The notes below the pieces were generated by a model. The model made no database searches and had not been told where the DNA came from. It was given only the letters and a program-made list of their open reading frames with translations. A stretch of DNA of 63,088 nt, counting the filler, from Reclinomonas americana ATCC 50394 (taxonomy: Eukaryota): the NCBI GenBank assembly GCA_048213135.1. It is 6 parts of 3 records of this genome, joined end to end, with 100 filler letters (N's around TTAATTAATTAA, not from the genome) between each part and the next. Parts side by side here need not be neighbours in the genome. Positions count along the whole stretch, not along the records: positions 11,944 to 23,083 come from PS015340.1; positions 23,184 to 52,193 come from PS015340.1; 4 more parts are not named here. One strand, 5' to 3'. Positions 11,944 to 26,684 of the stretch are shown here, piece after piece. Made by a program: the position numbers and the translations under genes. Positions within the stretch are counted from its first letter, which is position 1; each line of letters starts with the position of its first letter.

Positions 11944-12484
11944 GAGAGAGAGAGAGAGAGAGAGACAGAGCCCACTTCTTGCCATTCTGTCCACAGTTGC
12001 TATTCTACCTGGAGAAGAGAGATGGCTGACAAGAGAAAGGCGTTACGACATGACAAGGAAGGAGGGCAACGAGTGCGATCCAAAACGAGAGAGAGAGAGA
12101 GAGAACATGTCCTTCTGTAAGGAAAAGAGAGAAAGGCGTGACGACAAGACAAGGCAGGAGAGCGACGAGTGCGTTCAAAGACGACAGAGAGAGAGAGAGA
12201 GAGAGCCTGCTCATCGCCCTTCGCACTTCCCAATGAGAGACGCAACTCGATGCGACGTGAGCTGCAACACCAATCGAGCGTACTCGAGCACGCCTTCCCA
12301 CACTCGAGTGACAGTTGGTTTGTTGGGCACCATGGAAGAGCGACTTTCGCTGTCCTCATGAGCTGCTTGAGAAAGGAAGAAGGGAGTGAGAGGGGAAGAG
12401 AGAGAGAGAGAGTGAGCAAAAGACAAGTCATCTTTGCATGCAGAGAGAGAAAGAAGACTTGCGGAGAATAGAGGATGACTGCAT

Positions 12485-12517
<33 letters not shown>

Positions 12518-13067
12518 AGAGCAGTCCTGCAGTCACCTGAGAGTGCATGCAACTCTCTCTCACTTTCTCTCCTTGCGAGTGAGTGAGTGTGTGAGTGAAT
12601 GAATGAGAAGGACAGTGAGAGTGACTGAGGGAGGAGAGTGAGTGAGTGNNNNNNNNNNNNNNNNNNNNNNNNNNNNNNNNNNNNNNNNNNNNNNNNNNNN
12701 NNNNNNNNNNNNNNNNNNNNNNNNNNNNNNNNNNNNNNNNNNNNNNNNNNNNNNNNNNNNNNNNNNNNNNNNNNNNNNNNNNNNNNNNNNNNNNNNNNNN
12801 NNNNNNNNNNNNNNNNNNNNNNNNNNNNNNNNNNNNNNNNNNNNNNNNNNNNNNNNNNNNNNNNNNNNNNNNNNNNNNNNNNNNNNNNNNNNNNNNNNNN
12901 NNNNNNNNNNNNNNNNNNNNNNNNNNNNNNNNNNNNNNNNNNNNNNNNNNNNNNNNNNNNNNNNNNNNNNNNNNNNNNNNNNNNNNNNNNNNNNNNNNNN
13001 NNNNNNNNNNNNNNNNNNNNNNNNNNNNNNNNNNNNNNNNNNNNNNNNNNNNNNNNNNNNNNNNNNN

Positions 13068-16000
13068 CTCGCCGTCGGCACAGCGTGATGTGTCGCTAAC
13101 GGTCAACGTGTGGCACATTCCGCTGGCTTTTTGCGCGTCGGCGCTGCTCTCGCTGGGTTGCTCGGTGTTTTCGCACTTTGGCGTGGTTACGGTGAACAAT
13201 ATTCCGCTCAAAAAGTCCACTACCGAGACCGTGCGCACGCTGTCGGATCGTGTCACGCTGGTGACGGCTCGCGACGTGGGTGTGCGCGTACTGCAGTGGA
13301 AGAACGCGGAGAAGCAGTCGACGCCGGAGACATTGTATGTGCCTCTGTCGGCGCGGTCGGTCGGCGCAGTCGAGGAGACTGGTGGTGGCAGTACACGCAG
13401 CGCGCGTGCAGGCACCGGAGCGGCAGCAGCGGCGGCAGCAGCGGCAGCAGCAGCTGCAGCCTCCGCGTCGTCGCCCTCGCCGTCACCTTCGACACCCCTG
13501 CCCGGCATCGGCAGCAGCAGCAGCAGCAATGCAGCTGTGCCCTGTCGCGTGACACCCCTGCGACCGGATGCCGCCGCCACCGGATGCATTGTCAAGTACT
13601 GGAACAGTGGCAAGGTGGTGCTGTTGACGGCCGGTGTCCCCGCCGCCACGTCCTCGGCCACCACGGCCACAGCGGCGGCAGCAGCAGCAGCAGCAGCGGC
13701 TGCCGCGGCCGCGCCGGTGTTTGTTGTGTCGCACGGTATCGTACAGCACGGTGGACGCACACTGCTGCACACCTTCAATACCGCGGATCCGAAGCAGTTT
13801 CACCAGGTGGGAAGAGAGGGGGAAGGGAGAGGGAGAGGGATAGGGATAGGGGAAGGAGGAAAGAGTAGTAGTCGATTCCACTTCTTTTCTCTCTCTCTCT
13901 CTCTCTGTCTGCTTGTCTGCTGACTGTGCTCCTCCTGCTTGCTCGCAGTTGAAATCCATCAAAAAGTCCAGTCCCGCCGTGTTCCCGAACCTCGACGCCA
14001 CGGGATCGGTGGACGATACCAGTGCGGCGACCGGCAGTGGCAGTGGTGCTGGTGGTGGTGGCGAGTTGGTGGGCGGCCCGATCCAGACGCAGCACTTTGA
14101 GGAACTGGTCAAGCTGTTTGTGTATCGACTCGGGCGGCGTGGGAATCACACACAGAGGCAACTGGGATCGGTCAGCGGGACCACCACAACACTGGAGGTA
14201 AGAGTTGGAAGCGGAGAGAGTGACTGTTGTTCTTGGTCTCTCTGTCTCACGTTTCCTGCAGACTGAAAACGGCATCCCCTACAAGTGCCCTGCCACGCTG
14301 GAACGATGGACGCGCGCCTTTTCATTCCAGCCCACCCACGTCAACCACCCCAGCTACTCGCCCGAGTTGCTGTGTCTGACAGGGGTACGCAGTGCGTCAA
14401 GACTCTTGGCCTTTTTTTGCTGCTTCTTATTTGTCGTGCTGCTGCAGAATGTCACCAACTGCGTCATGGCCAGTCACCTCGACGACGACATGATTCGCGA
14501 AGTGACCGAGGTATGTCGAGCAGCTCGACTATGAAGCATCGTGAGACTCACCGTCAACGTCAGGCACTCCATCGCATTCGTGAGGCCGCACGAGAAAACG
14601 ACCCCAACATGATGCCGCGTCTGGCGCACTCGGACACGGAGCGATTCCGGCAGTACAAGAGGCTGTGGAGAGACATTAAGGACTTGGTGAAGGTGAATTG
14701 AGAAGAAAAAGAATTGCATTCTGTCTCCATGCTATTCACCTTGCACCCCTCGCAGGAGCACGCTGACGCCTCTCCCAAACATGCCTCCCTGGTGGCACAC
14801 ATGGATCGGTTGTGGATATGGCACCCGTTCACCATGATTGAGCCTGTGAATGGTACGCGCAGCACAACTCTCTCCTTTATTTTTCTCAATGCTCACCTCC
14901 TTCGTCCCCACACAGACACCTCCATCAAAAAGGAGAAGCGCGTGATGGATGTGCAGCGAAATCCCGACGGCACCGCCGTCATGCCGCTCGACATTGGCAA
15001 GCACGTGATTGAGAATCTGGGGCGGGTGGTCACAGACCGGCCGCACTACCACACCGACAAGTACATCTGTGAGTGCGAGCCGAGCTGCAGTCGCCCCACC
15101 TCTGCCTTCAGCTCATTGTGTGTCGATGCAGGGGCTGTTGGATTTAGGAGTACGCGCAAGTACCAAAGCATTAAGGACGTGTCGAGGCGCTGCACGTACA
15201 CGTCGGAGATTCGTGATGGTGGTGATGTTGCGTGAGAAGATGAGGGATAGGGAGAGAGAGGAGGGAGAAGAGGGAAAGAGTGGGAGGGAGTGGGTGAGGG
15301 TGAGAGAGAAGGAGAGAGGGAGATGGGTTCCACAGATGAGCAGAGTACGCGGCGCGATTTCTGAGAAGTGCGCGTCGTGGTGCTGAATTTTGTTGAAACG
15401 AGGTACGAATGCAGTGACAGTTCCCACTCTCTCCTTACTCTCCATTCTCCGCACCCTTGCCCTGTCTATCCGAAGATGTTGACGCGAGAGAGGGTGATGA
15501 TAATTCCTTTACTCCTCACTCTCCATTCCCCTCACCCTTGCCCTGTCTATCCGAAGATGTTGACGCGAGAGAGGGTGATGATGATTCCTCTCTCTCTCTC
15601 TCCATTCTCCTGCCCCTTTCTCCGTCCTATCTGAAGACCGTCAACACGAAAGTTGATGCAGTCATTGTTGCTGCTCTCTCCGTACTCTCCATTCCCTTCA
15701 CATCTACCCTGTCCCATCTACAAGTTGATAGTTCCCACTCTTTCTCTCTCTCTCTCTCCATTGCTCTCACCCTTTGCCCGGTCCCATCTGAATACTGTTG
15801 TTGACACGAGAGTTAGTGATGTTAGTTCCCACTCTCTCTCCCTTCCTCTCTCTCTCTCTCTGTCTCCTTTCTCTCGATTCCCCTCACCCTCTCCCTCTCC
15901 CTCTCCCTCATCCCCCTTTTCTTTCCCTCATTCCCCTTCTCTTTCCCATTCTCCTCCTCCTTCACCGTCCTTCCTTCCTCCTTCACCTTCTCCTTCACCT

Positions 16001-17213
16001 TCTCCTTCCCCTTCCTCTTCCTCTTTCCCTCTCCCTTCTTCTCTCTCTTATTCCTCTCCATTCTCCTCACCCTTTGGCTCTGTTCCCCTCCAGACACCGC
16101 TGTTCGTCGTCACCTGCGCCGACGAAGAGGACAACCCGTTCGAGGGACCCAACGCCACCGGTGAGCACGTGCAGTCCTCCTTCATGTTTCTTCACGACCC
16201 CCATTCCCCCTCCCTCACTGTCATTCGCGCAGCACCGTGGATGATGGTTCTGAAGCGAGTCATGGCCCAGAAAACCGAGATTCGCACCAGCATCAGTGGG
16301 CCCGATTTCTATGGCCTGGCGCACCCCACCATCATGATGCTGATGCAGGAGTTGCCGGGAGTGGAGCGACTGGAGAAGTTCCAGTATCAGGATTTCAGCG
16401 GAGGTGTGGCGCCGCCGTCCGAGTTGACCGGGAGAGCAGCGACGGCGGCCAAGAAACGCGGCGTCTCCAACAAGGTACTCGTGGCAGTCGATCCTTCTTT
16501 CCCATATGCATGTTCTCACCGCCCTTCTCTCTATTGCGCACCAGTCGGGCAAACGAGAACGCGGCGACGACGAAGGAATGGACGATGGGGAGGGTGGCGG
16601 TGACGAGATGGCGGGTGGAGCGGGAGGCAGTGGCGCCGACTCGACGGTGCACTCGCCACAGAACAAGCGTGCCAACACGAACTCTGTCGCGTCACTGTTC
16701 CAGCCGAGCGCGGCCGGAGGTGCCGCACAATCCTCTTCCTCAGCATCTGGGTTGGCCGCCACCACGTATCGCCAACCGCTGCCACTGGCGTGGCCGACGG
16801 CAACGTTGGCGGCGACGGCCACTCAATCGAGCGGCACATCGTCTTCGTCCGTCAATGCTTCATCGGCCTCCTCTGCCGCCCCTGCAGTGTCATCATCATC
16901 ATCATCGTCATTGTCCTCTAACCTACACGCCATGCCGCACTGGCTGCACCGCACGCGCCTGTGCTCGGATGTGTGGGCCAACGAACAAGGTCAGCACGGC
17001 GAAGAACTGGCCTCCATGATGGCCGTCGCCACGCCCACGCCAGGCGCCAACGGGCACGTCCGTGATGCGCGTGTGTCGTTGGCGCGCGTGGCTACCATGG
17101 CCGGTCGTCGGCATGCGGCATCGGCGGCGGTGCTCTCGGGGGTGAGCACGGGGGCACGGCTTTATGCGGGTCTCGATCTCGCCACCATCTCCAAGAGACC
17201 ACAATATGAATGA
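13068..17213 (+). CDS. INTS13: Integrator subunit 13 (Asunder)-like protein with C-terminal FYRN/FYRC domains; 5' end lost in N gap
   Basis: Motifs FGVVTVNNIPLK, VLQWK, CRVTPLRPDAAATGCIVKYWNSGKVVLL, VVSHGIVQHGGRTLLH, LERWTR and RQYKRLWRDIKDLVKEHADASPKH occur in the same order as recalled Asunder motifs [62 protein letters not shown] and EQYRIMWNELETLVRAHINNSEKH. These are followed by IENLGRVVTDRPHYHTDKYIWAVGFRSTRKYQS..RRCTYTSEIRDGG (FYRN) and PLFVV..PWMMVLKRV..SGPDFYGLAHPTIMMLMQELPG (FYRC). All introns join in frame; stop at 17213. Confidence 0.78.
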
Positions 17214-17332
17214 ACGCGGAAAGATGGAAGGACGCATGGCATTCATTGATTGCGCGGAGGAGATAATGCCTGCGTTCCCGACGCGGGAAGAGAGAAACAA
17301 CACACACACACTGAGACGGGGGAAACACAGAG

Positions 17333-19948
<2,616 letters not shown>

Positions 19949-21524
19949 TCCTGTGCGCACACCAAAGAGAGAATGTGAGTGTCAGAGGCAAGTTGGAAAT
20001 GTCGCACACGCAAGCAAGCGCGGGAGACAGCATGAATGTGAGTGTGAGTGAGTGGGAGGGAAAGAGAGAGAGGGGAGAGGCACAGCACGCAGGCTATCTG
20101 ATTGTATGTGAGAGAGCGTGTGTGCAAAAGAGTGAGTCAAAGTCACTTTTGCGGTGACACGTGACACGTGTGCGCGACTCACAAGCGATTGCGCAAGAGA
20201 GTGAGTGGCAGAGTATGAGAGTGAGTGAGTGTGTGTGCGTGTGTGTTTGTGAGTGAGAGAGGAGAGAGAGTGTGTGTGCAAAATGAATCAAAGTCACTTT
20301 TGTGACGACTCAAGAAAGACTGTACAAGAGAGTGAGTGAGTGAGTGAGTATGAGAGTGAGTGAGTGTGTATGCGAGTGAGTAAGAGAGAGAGAAGAGGCA
20401 CAACACGAGAGAGAGAACAGAGAGACAGAGATGATTGTGAAGGCCAAGAACAAACATGCGCAGGTTCTCACGAGTGAGCACAGCGCACAGTGACAGTGCG
20501 TTGTGAGCACTAACATGAGTGCTCTCGGCGTACCAACCTTGTTGTGAATGAGGAAGTGTCATGCAGGACAACTAACTCTCACTGTCTTAGTCGTCGTCTC
20601 TCTCTCATCAAGCAAAGGCAAGCTCTGCTCTACTGAGTCGCACACTCACTGCCAAGCAATCACACGGACAGGTGTTACTGTTCTTTTCACAGGCTGCACT
20701 GTGTGTGAAGAGCTCGTACGGGGAGAAATGTTGATACCCTGCGTGATGGCAGTGATGAACTCTGGATGGAGCAACTGGTGAGACTGAGCGCTGTGTGGTG
20801 GTCATTCGTGGTCAACCCTGCGTGCAAGTGTAAAAGATAGATGACATGGAGATGGAGTGACTTTGGCCTCAACTGGGCGCTCATGGCCGGAGCTGCTTGG
20901 AGATGACGCGATGGAGGATGATAAGCTGACGAGACTGGGCATGAGTGTTCACCTTGTGCTGTGGCGGTACTGCTTCGAAGTTCAAACAATAGATGACATG
21001 GAGATGGAGTGACTTTGGCCTCGTGAGTGCTGAGACCGGGCGTGCGCTGGCCACTCAGATATGGGTGTTCACCTTGTGCTGTGGCGGTACTGCTTCCAAG
21101 TTTACACGCCAGATGGAGTGGCTTGGCCTCATGAGTGTCGAGACTTGGCCGGCGCTGCATGGAGACGGGAGAAAGATCAGCTGCCGAGAATGAGCATGGG
21201 TGTGCAGAGAGAGCGAGGGTCCACCTGTGTGGTGGCGAAGCTGCTGTAATGCGTGGAGAGCGAGAAGTCCACTTGTGCAATGGCAGTCAGTGTCGCACTG
21301 CTGCGCACGGCGTCATGTGGTTCATCGAGAAGACGCGCGCAAGTTCTTTTGGCTCAGCGCGCTCACTTGTGTCTCACTGGCAGTTCTTGCGTCCCCTCGC
21401 AGAGCGCACGATGTGTCGTGACGCTTGCCTGTTGTGGTTCACAGCTCAACGAGAGAGTTGCCCTGCATCTACGTATCAGGGTGTATCCGACTAAGAGACG
21501 AGACCGGAGTCCACGAAGTACATC

Positions 21525-23000
21525 TCACAGGACGAGTCGGTGGCATTGTGTAAACTTGCGAGATGGCAGAGACGGTCACGGATACTATTGTGTCGCTGGC
21601 TTGGGTCACCGAGCTGTTGGAGGAGGGCGAGATAGCCACGTGGACCTTTCTCGGTTCCCTTCTTGAGGTACGTTCCCCCGTGTCGCTTGTGTCTTTCTTG
21701 ATGAATCACCAACATCCACACAAAAGGAGGCGTGCCTATCTCGGCGCAGGTTCCTCGCGGACACCTTCTTTGAGCTCTATGAGGAGAAGATTGAGAAGGG
21801 TGCGCCTGTCTCGGTTTGGTTGTGTGTGGCGATGGTCATTGCCTGAATCCATTCTCAGTCGCCGATGTCGTCCACCACCTACACGAGGCACGACGTGATG
21901 AACAGCGACGTCACGAGCGCTGCCACGATGACGATGAGAGCGAGAGTGACGACGATCATGAGAGCAAGGGTGACATGACGTCGTGGAGTGACGATGAACT
22001 GGACGTGGTGCGGCGGTTCGAGATTCGACAGGGGCAGGGGAGCAGTAAGAGGAGGAGCAGGAGGAGCAGGAGGAAGACGAGCGATGCGAGTTCCGTGTGC
22101 TCGGCGCCGTCTGGAGTCGGAACTTGAGCACGGTACAAGTACATAGTTTCCCAATGCTTCCCCCACGATTCATATGACCAAGTTCTCTTCGCCTTGTATG
22201 CAGTTACTGCGATGGACGTCTTCAGGTGGTCACTGCTGACGAAGTCTTCTTCCTGGCCTGGAGGTCGTGTGTCCTGAGTTGGGCTTTATTCTCAACATCG
22301 ATAACACGCTTTAAACGGCACACGAGACTTGTTGGCGATCACTGATAGATGAGGATCAGTGAGTGACGTTTCAATTATTTTTCGTCTCACAGGACGAGTC
22401 GGTGGCATTGTGTAAACTTGCGAGATGGCAGAGACGGTCACGCATACTATTGTGTCGCTGGCTTGGGTCACCGAGCTGTTGGAGGAGGGCGAGATAGCCA
22501 CGTGGACCTTTCTCGGTTCCCTTGTTGAGGTACGTGCCCTCGTGTCGCTTGTGTCTTTCTTGATGAATCACTGACATCCACACAAAAGGAGGCGTGCATA
22601 TCTCGGCGCAGGTTCCTCACGGACATCTTCTTTGAGCTCTATGAGGAGAAGATTGAGAAGGGTGCGCCTGTCTCGGTTTGGTTGTGTGTGGCGGTGGTCA
22701 TTGCCTGAATCCATTCTCAGTCGCCGATGTCGTCCACCACCTGCACGAGGCACGACGTGATGAACAGCGACGTCACGAGTGCTGCTACGATGGCGATGAG
22801 AGCGAGAGTGACGACGATCATGAGAGCAAGGGTGACGTTGAGATGACGACGTCGTGGAGTGACGATGAACTGGACGTGGTGCGGCGGTTCGAGATTCGAC
22901 AGGGGCAGGGGAGCAGTAAGCGGAGGAGCAAGAGGAGCAGGAGGAGGACGAGCGATGCGAGTTCCGTGTGCTCGGCGCCGTCTGGAGTCGGAACTTGACC
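21525..23000 (+). other. Tandem duplication (about 860 bp period) of the spliced 3' end of an unidentified gene or pseudogene
   Basis: About 21525-22130 and 22385-23000 are near-identical. Both contain ag|..FLADT/IFFELYEEKIEK|gtgcg and a terminal acidic/Arg-Ser exon (VADVVHHLHEARRDEQRRHE..WSDDELDVVRRFEIRQG..GT*). Upstream exons could not be joined without stops. Confidence 0.55.
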
Positions 23001-23083
23001 ACGCGTACAAGCATGTATAGGCGCAGAAGGTGGTTTGGGAAAGGCAGAGATGTGGGAGGAGGCAGTGCGGTCTGGTCGCGAAT

Positions 23084-23183
23084 NNNNNNNNNNNNNNNNN
23101 NNNNNNNNNNNNNNNNNNNNNNNNNNNTTAATTAATTAANNNNNNNNNNNNNNNNNNNNNNNNNNNNNNNNNNNNNNNNNNNN
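23084..23183. other. Artificial assembly linker
   Basis: 44N + TTAATTAATTAA + 44N. Confidence 0.97.
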
Positions 23184-23194
23184 ATTTCGTGGCG

Positions 23195-23340
23195 CTGTGT
23201 GTTGGTGTGTGTTCGCTCTCGGAGCTCCGAACAAGTCGAGAACTGCGATCTTCACACCGCATACAGCGTGGTTGACCAGTGGGTTTGACGCACTTGCATT
23301 AGACGCACAGCGTTTTCTGCGATCGTACACGGCATTCCTG
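23195..23340 (-). repeat. Copy of a dispersed, decayed intergenic repeat family
   Basis: The reverse complement gccgtgtacgatcgcagaaaacgct..atgcaagtgcgtcaaa.ccact..gcagttctcgac..tgttcggagctccgagagcga matches 57459-57640 on the + strand. Confidence 0.8.
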
Positions 23341-23464
23341 CTGACATGCGAGGGAACCAAAACTGCTAGGTGGTCTGGAGGGAGCACGCAGAAAATCAAA
23401 ACACTTCATCACATAAATCGACAAACGAAACTGAACAATGGAACATACCCCTCGCTTGCCTTCA

Positions 23465-23560
23465 AGGTGGTGTTCGTGGTGCATTCAGACCTTCTCCTCC
23501 TCACGCTGCTCACACAGCTTGTGGCCAGCGCCCACACAGCCGACCTTCGCGGCAACAAAG
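23465..23560 (+). pseudogene. Diverged duplicate of the GGH signal-peptide-coding start
   Basis: VFVVHSDLLLLTLLTQLVASAHTADLRGN versus MFIARSDLLLLTLLTLLVASAHAAELRGN at 23891. The copy has no ATG at the equivalent position. Confidence 0.75.
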
Positions 23561-23887
23561 GCAAGGGAGAAAAAGTTCGATTTCCACGTGCGATATTGGA
23601 CACTTCGACTTTTCTTCCTCACTTTCTCTGCAAGTACGAAATGTCTCCGTACATGATTGCCGTGGACATAGTTGCATTCACGATAAAAGCCTTGCAATAT
23701 ACGATATCGATCGAATTCAAATACAAAAAAAGCAAAATAATCTTCCGATATTCCGACGCGCTTGTCTTTCTCATTGATCATACTTGATCTCCGCTACATT
23801 CAGAGCACACCACTGCGATTATAACAGAGTGGGCGGGAAAACCAATAAATCAGTCCATCCGATTTTCCCCGCGCATTGTTCGGAGAG

Positions 23888-25133
23888 ATGATGTTCATTG
23901 CGCGTTCCGACCTGCTCCTCCTCACGCTGCTCACGCTGCTCGTGGCCAGCGCGCACGCCGCCGAACTTCGCGGCAACGACATGGAAGAGGGAGGAGGCGC
24001 ACGTCCTCGCCCGCGTCCTCGCCCGCGGCCTCCGCGCGTCTCCAACGACCGCCCAGTCATTGGCATCCTCACTCGTTGCGTCTCTTTGCGCGCGCCCCGC
24101 TCTTGTCGTTGTGCGCAGAGAGGCGTTGTGTAGTGGCGTGTGTGTACACGTGCATGTGCATGCGCTGCTCTGTTTGTTGCCACTGTGTGTGTGCGAATGA
24201 GGGTGGTGGGGGTCAGTGTTTTGTCTTTTCACATATGCACACACACACGCGCGCGCTCTCTCTCTGTGCTCATGCGTGCGTGTGTGTGTCTCTCACTGTG
24301 TGTTGCTCTTTGTGTGTCATGCTGCATGCGTGTGTGTCTCTCTTTCGGCGAATCTCTTTTTGTCTGCAAGTTCTTCTCACACTCTCGCGCTCTCTTGTGC
24401 GTGCTCATTGTTACTCTGCTGCATTTGTTCCGCGTTGCGCTCTTGACTGAGATGCGCACTCACTGCTCTCTCACTCACATTCGCACTCATTCACACTCTC
24501 TTGCACCCTTCCCTCTCACTCACCGTCCTCACTGTTGTCTTCCTCTGTCGCCCGCTCATTCACACTCTCTCCTTCACTCACACATTCACACACTCTCTTA
24601 CACCCTTCCCTTACCTCTCACTCTCCCTCGCTCTTCTCTCTCTCTCTCTCTCTCTCCACATTCACACACTCCCTTACACCCTTCCCTTCCCTCTCACCCT
24701 CGCTCTTCTCTCTCTGTCTCTCTCCCTCCTCCTCCTCTCTCTCTGTCTCTCTCTCCCTCCTCTCTCTCCCTTGCTCTCCCTCCCTCCTCTCTCTCCCTCC
24801 TTTCATCACCTCATCACTCACTCTTCACACCGTTTTGCAGAACCGACGCACCCTCCTATGGACCAATATGGTGGGAGCTACTTGGCTGCATCGTATGTCA
24901 AGTACGTGGAGAGCGCCGGCGCTCGAGTCGTCCCTGTTAGGTGAGTCACCAGCGTGTTGGATGGCGATTGCCCTCTTTTTCTGGACCGACGTGGGAGCAA
25001 TGCGTGTGGTGCCTTCTCCTCCTCCGCGGTTGACCGAACTTCCTTTGACCACTGTTCTTGCATTGTGTCTCTTGCACTACATCGATCCAGAAGTCTACGC
25101 CTTGACCTCGTTCTTTTTCATCTCGTCTTTCTC

Positions 25134-25171
<38 letters not shown>

Positions 25172-26615
25172 NNNNNNNNNNNNNNNNNNNNNNNNNNNNN
25201 NNNNNNNNNNNNNNNNNNNNNNNNNNNNNNNNNNNNNNNNNNNNNNNNNNNNNNNNNNNNNNNNNNNNNNNNNNNNNNNNNNNNNNNNNNNNNNNNNNNN
25301 NNNNNNNNNNNNNNNNNNNNNNNNNNNNNNNNNNNNNNNNNNNNNNNNNNNNNNNNNNNNNNNNNNNNNNNNNNNNNNNNNNNNNNNNNNNNNNNNNNNN
25401 NNNNNNNNNNNNNNNNNNNNNNNNNNNNNNNNNNNNNNNNNNNNNNNNNNNNNNNNNNNNNNNNNNNNNNNNNNNNNNNNNNNNNNNNNNNNNNNNNNNN
25501 NNNNNNNNNNNNNNNNNNNNNNNNNNNNNNNNNNNNNNNNNNNNNNNNNNNNNNNNNNNNNNNNNNNNNNNNNNNNNNNNNNNNNNNNNNNNNNNNNNNN
25601 NNNNNNNNNNNNNNNNNNNNNNNNNNNNNNNNNNNNNNNNNNNNNNNNNNNNNNNNNNNNNNNNNNNNNNNNNNNNNNNNNNNNNNNNNNNNNNNNNNNN
25701 NNNNNNNNNNNNNNNNNNNNNNNNNNNNNNNNNNNNNNNNNNNNNNNNNNNNNNNNNNNNNNNNNNNNNNNNNNNNNNNNNNNNNNNNNNNNNNNNNNNN
25801 NNNNNNNNNNNNNNNNNNNNNNNNNNNNNNNNNNNNNNNNNNNNNNNNNNNNNNNNNNNNNNNNNNNNNNNNNNNNNNNNNNNNNNNNNNNNNNNNNNNN
25901 NNNNNNNNNNNNNNNNNNNNNNNNNNNNTCTTCACTGCTTGTTTTCTCGATGCCTCTTAGTTCGAGTCTACGAATCGACCGCTCCTATCGCCATTTCCTC
26001 TGTTCCTCTCGCACTTGTCAATCTCAATGTCGAATCCCGGTCCTCGCACTTCTCTCTTGCTGTTTCGCCTCCTCGCACCACTCCTTCTCTTGAGACGTTT
26101 CCCTGTCCATCAAGTCCTTCTCTCTTTTGCTTCCCGTTTCTCATCCTCTCGCCTCTCTCCTTCCCTTGCAGATATGACGCCTCCGACGACGAGCTCAACA
26201 CCATTTTCAACGGCATCAACGGTCTCCTGTTCCCCGGTGGTGGCGCCGACTTCAAGGGCCAGTTTTTGCATGCCGGTTCGTCCCCCTCTCCTCTGGACGA
26301 GAGCGCATTCACTATCTGCCTTCCACTCTCTCTTCCACGCACAAACACCCATTCGCGATCCTGTTTCACTCCCGCGCGCACACACACACTACTTCGCCCT
26401 CTGCGGCGACCTTGTCGCCCCTTGTCTCTCGCTCTGTTCTGTTTCCCCTGATTATCTCTCTCCCGCGCGCTGGGCTTTGGCCGTGTATCGTCTTCGTGGC
26501 TCATCCTCTCTCATTCCTCTTCCTCTCTTTCTCTCTTGTCCACTTGCTCACCTACTCAGCGTACACGAATCTCTTTCTTCCTTTTCTACCATTCCTTAAT
26601 TGTCTCTCGCTCTCT

Positions 26616-26684
<69 letters not shown>

